64,000 bases of DNA from NCBI RefSeq assembly GCF_009914755.1, contig NC_060931.1; one strand, written 5' to 3'. Below, in pieces: positions 61,259 to 64,000 of this stretch. Origin of the DNA: the human T2T-CHM13v2.0 reference genome, Homo sapiens. The position numbers and the translations under genes are program-made. The notes below the pieces were generated by a model that saw only the letters and a list, made by a program, of their open reading frames with translations, did no database searches and was not told the DNA's origin. How positions within the stretch are numbered: the first letter of the stretch is position 1; each line of letters begins with the position of its first letter.

Positions 61259-64000
61259 GTGATGTGTGCCTTCAACTCACAGAGTTTAACCTTTCTTTTC
61301 TTAGAGCAGTTTAGAAACACTCTGCTTGTTACGTCTGCAAGTGGATATTTGGACCTCTTTGAGGCCTTCGTTGCAAACGGGGTTTCTTCCTTTCATGCTA
61401 GACTAAGAAGAGTTCTCAGTAACTTTTTTGTGTTGTGTGTATTCAACTCACAGAGTTGAACCTTGCTTTAGAGAGAGCAGATTTGAAACACTCTTGCTGT
61501 GGCATTTTCAGGTGGAGATTTCAAGCGATTTGAGGACAATTGCAGAAAAGGAAATATCTTCGTATAATAACCAGACAGAATCATTCTCAGAAAGTGCTTT
61601 GTGATGTGTGCGTTCAACTCACAGAGTTTAACCTTTCTTTTCATAGAGGAGTTTGGAAACACACTGTTTGTAAAGACTGCAAGTGGATATATGGACCTGT
61701 TTGAGGCCTTCGTTGGAAACGGGATTTCTTCATTGAATGCTAGACGGAAGAATTCTCAGTAAATTCTTTGTGTTGTGTGCATTCAACTCACAGAGTGGAA
61801 CGTCCCTTTAGACAGAGCAGATTTGAAACACTCTTTTTGCGGAATTTGCAAGTGGAGATTTCTAGCCATTTGATGCCAACAGTAGAAAGGGAAATATCTT
61901 CAAATAAAAACCAGACAGAATCATTCTCAGAAAATTCTTTGTGATGTGTGCGTTCAACTCACATAGTTTAACCTTTCTTTTCATAGAGCAGTTTGGAAAC
62001 ACTCTGTTTGTAAAGTCTGCAAGTGGATATATGGACCGCATTGAGGCCTTCGTTGGAAACGGGATTTCTTCATTTCATGCTAGACAGAAGAATTCTCAGT
62101 AACTTCTTTGTGCTGTGTGTATTCAACTCACAGAGTGGAACGTCCCTTTGCACAGAGCAGATTTGAAACACTCTTTTTGTGGAGTTTGCAAGTGGAGATT
62201 TCAAGCGATTTGATGCCAACAGTAGAAAAGGAAATATCTTCAAATAAAAACTAGACAGAATCATTCTCAGAAACTACTTTGTGATGTGTGCCTTCAACTC
62301 ACAGAGTTTAACCTTTCTTTTCTTAGAGCAGTTTAGAAACACTCCGCTTGTTATGTCTGCAAGTGGATATTTGGACCTCTTTGAGGCCTTCGTTGCAAAC
62401 GGGGTTTCTTCCTTTCATGCTAGACTAAGAAGAGTTCTCAGTAACTTTTTTGTGTTGTGTGTATTCAACTCACAGAGTTGAACCTTGCTTTAGAGAGAGC
62501 AGATTTGAAACACTCTTGCTGTGGCATTTTCAGGTGGAGATTTCAAGCGATTTGAGGACAATTGCAGAAAAGGAAATATCTTCGTATAATAACCAGACAG
62601 AATCATTCTCAGAAAGTGCTTTGTGATGTGTGCGTTCAACTCACAGAGTTTAACCTTTCTTTTCATAGAGGAGTTTGGAAACACACTGTTTGTAAAGTCT
62701 GCAAGTGGATATATGGACCTGTTTGAGGCCTTCGTTGGAAACGGGATTTCTTCATTGAATGCTAGACGGAAGAATTCTCAGTAAATTCTTTGTGTTGTGT
62801 GCATTCAACTCACAGAGTGGAACGTCCCTTTAGACACAGCAGATTTGAAACACTCTTTTTGCGGAATTTGCAAGTGGAGATTTCTAGCCATTTGATGCCA
62901 ACAGTAGAAAGGGAAATATCTTCAAATAAAAACCAGACAGAATCATTCTCAGAAAATTCTTTGTGATGTGTGCGTTCAACTCACATAGTTTAACCTTTCT
63001 TTTCATAGAGCAGTTTGGAAACACTCTGTTTGTAAAGTCCGCAAGTGGATATATGGACCGCATTGAGGCCTTCGTTGGAAACGGGATTTCTTCATTTCAT
63101 GCTAGACAGAAGAATTCTCAGTAACTTCTTTGTGCTGTGTGTATTCAACTCACAGAGTGGAACGTCCCTTTGCACAGAGCAGATTTGAAACACTCTTTTT
63201 GTGGAGTTTGCAAGTGGAGATTTCAAGCGATTTGATGCCAACAGTAGAAAAGGAAATATCTTCAAATAAAAACTAGACAGAATCATTCTCAGAAACTACT
63301 TTGTGATGTGTGCCTTCAACTCACAGAGTTCAACCTTTCTTTTCTTAGAGCAGTTTAGAAACACTCTGCTTGTTATGTCTGCAAGTGGATATTTGGACCT
63401 CTTTGAGGCCTTCGTTGCAAACGGGGTTTCTTCCTTTCATGCTAGACTAAGAAGAGTTCTCAGTAACTTTTTTGTGTTGTGTGTATTCAACTCACAGAGT
63501 TGAACCTTGCTTTAGAGAGAGCAGATTTGAAACACTCTTGCTGTGGCATTTTCAGGTGGAGATTTCAAGCGATTTGAGGACAATTGCAGAAAAGGAAATA
63601 TCTTCGTATAATAACCAGACAGAATCATTCTCAGAAAGTGCTTTGTGATGTGTGCGTTCAACTCACAGAGTTTAACCTTTCTTTTCATAGAGGAGTTTGG
63701 AAACACACTGTTTGTAAAGTCTGCAAGTGGATACATGGACCTGTTTGAGGCCTTCGTTGGAAACGGGATTTCTTCATTGAATGCTAGACGGAAGAATTCT
63801 CAGTAAATTCTTTGTGTTGTGTGCATTCAACTCACAGAGTGGAACGTCCCTTTAGACAGAGCAGATTTGAAACACTCTTTTTGCGGAATTTGCAAGTGGA
63901 GATTTCTAGCCATTTGATGCCAACAGTAGAAAGGGAAATATCTTCAAATAAAAACCAGACAGAATCATTCTCAGAAAATTCTTTGTGATGTGTGCGTTCA

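Larger units (their letters stand above)
1..64000 (+). repeat. Alpha-satellite higher-order repeat array, SF1, 6-mer 1022-bp HOR; most likely human chromosome 7 D7Z1
   Basis: Alphoid motifs (cattctcagaaa, ttcaactcacagag, tttgaaacactc, CENP-B box) recur every ~170 bp. Repeated ORF landmarks recur every 1022 bp (959, 1981, 3003 ...) except for three 682-bp steps. EcoRI sites lie at 428 and 768 and the third homologous site is gagttc, giving 340+682 bp fragments, the dimer/tetramer pattern I recall for D7Z1. Alpha-satellite identity is essentially certain; the chromosome assignment is from recall (~0.8). Confidence 0.97.

Noticed and set aside
146-63736. About 190 short ORFs (64-74 aa) in three recurring families on both strands
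   Set aside because: They are translations of the satellite repeating with the HOR period. They resemble no protein I recognise and appear or vanish with single SNVs. I used them only as coordinate landmarks.
1-64000. CRISPR-like or other prokaryotic repeat system
   Set aside because: There are no unique spacers and no cas or other genes; the sequence between conserved motifs is itself repeated. It is eukaryotic alpha satellite.
1-64000. Transposon insertion, inversion or hidden non-satellite insert
   Set aside because: Landmark spacing never exceeds 1022 bp and strand orientation is constant, which leaves no room for an insert or inversion.

Overview
The whole 64 kb window is one uninterrupted, single-orientation array of primate (almost certainly human) centromeric alpha satellite. 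Monomers of ~170 bp form dimers (340/340/342 bp), and three dimers form a 1022-bp 6-monomer higher-order repeat (HOR). There are about 63.6 HOR copies, and neighbouring copies differ by only a few SNVs. Every second monomer carries a CENP-B box, the suprachromosomal family 1 (SF1) dimeric pattern. The 6-mer length and the predicted EcoRI 340+682 bp pattern fit the chromosome 7 array D7Z1. I see no genes, RNA genes, transposons, inversions or CRISPR arrays; the ORF track is an artefact of the repeat. I did not find a novel biological system. The interesting content is the array's evolutionary record: three 682-bp 4-mer HOR variants from two independent deletions (one breaking in a tract spanning a CENP-B box), nested multi-HOR duplications (2-, 5- and 6/8-HOR periods plus a block copied ~27-31 kb away), apparent out-of-register conversion between dimers, a transversion cluster, and apparently intact cores in all CENP-B boxes. 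All variant calls were made by eye with help from the ORF track and need confirming by alignment.
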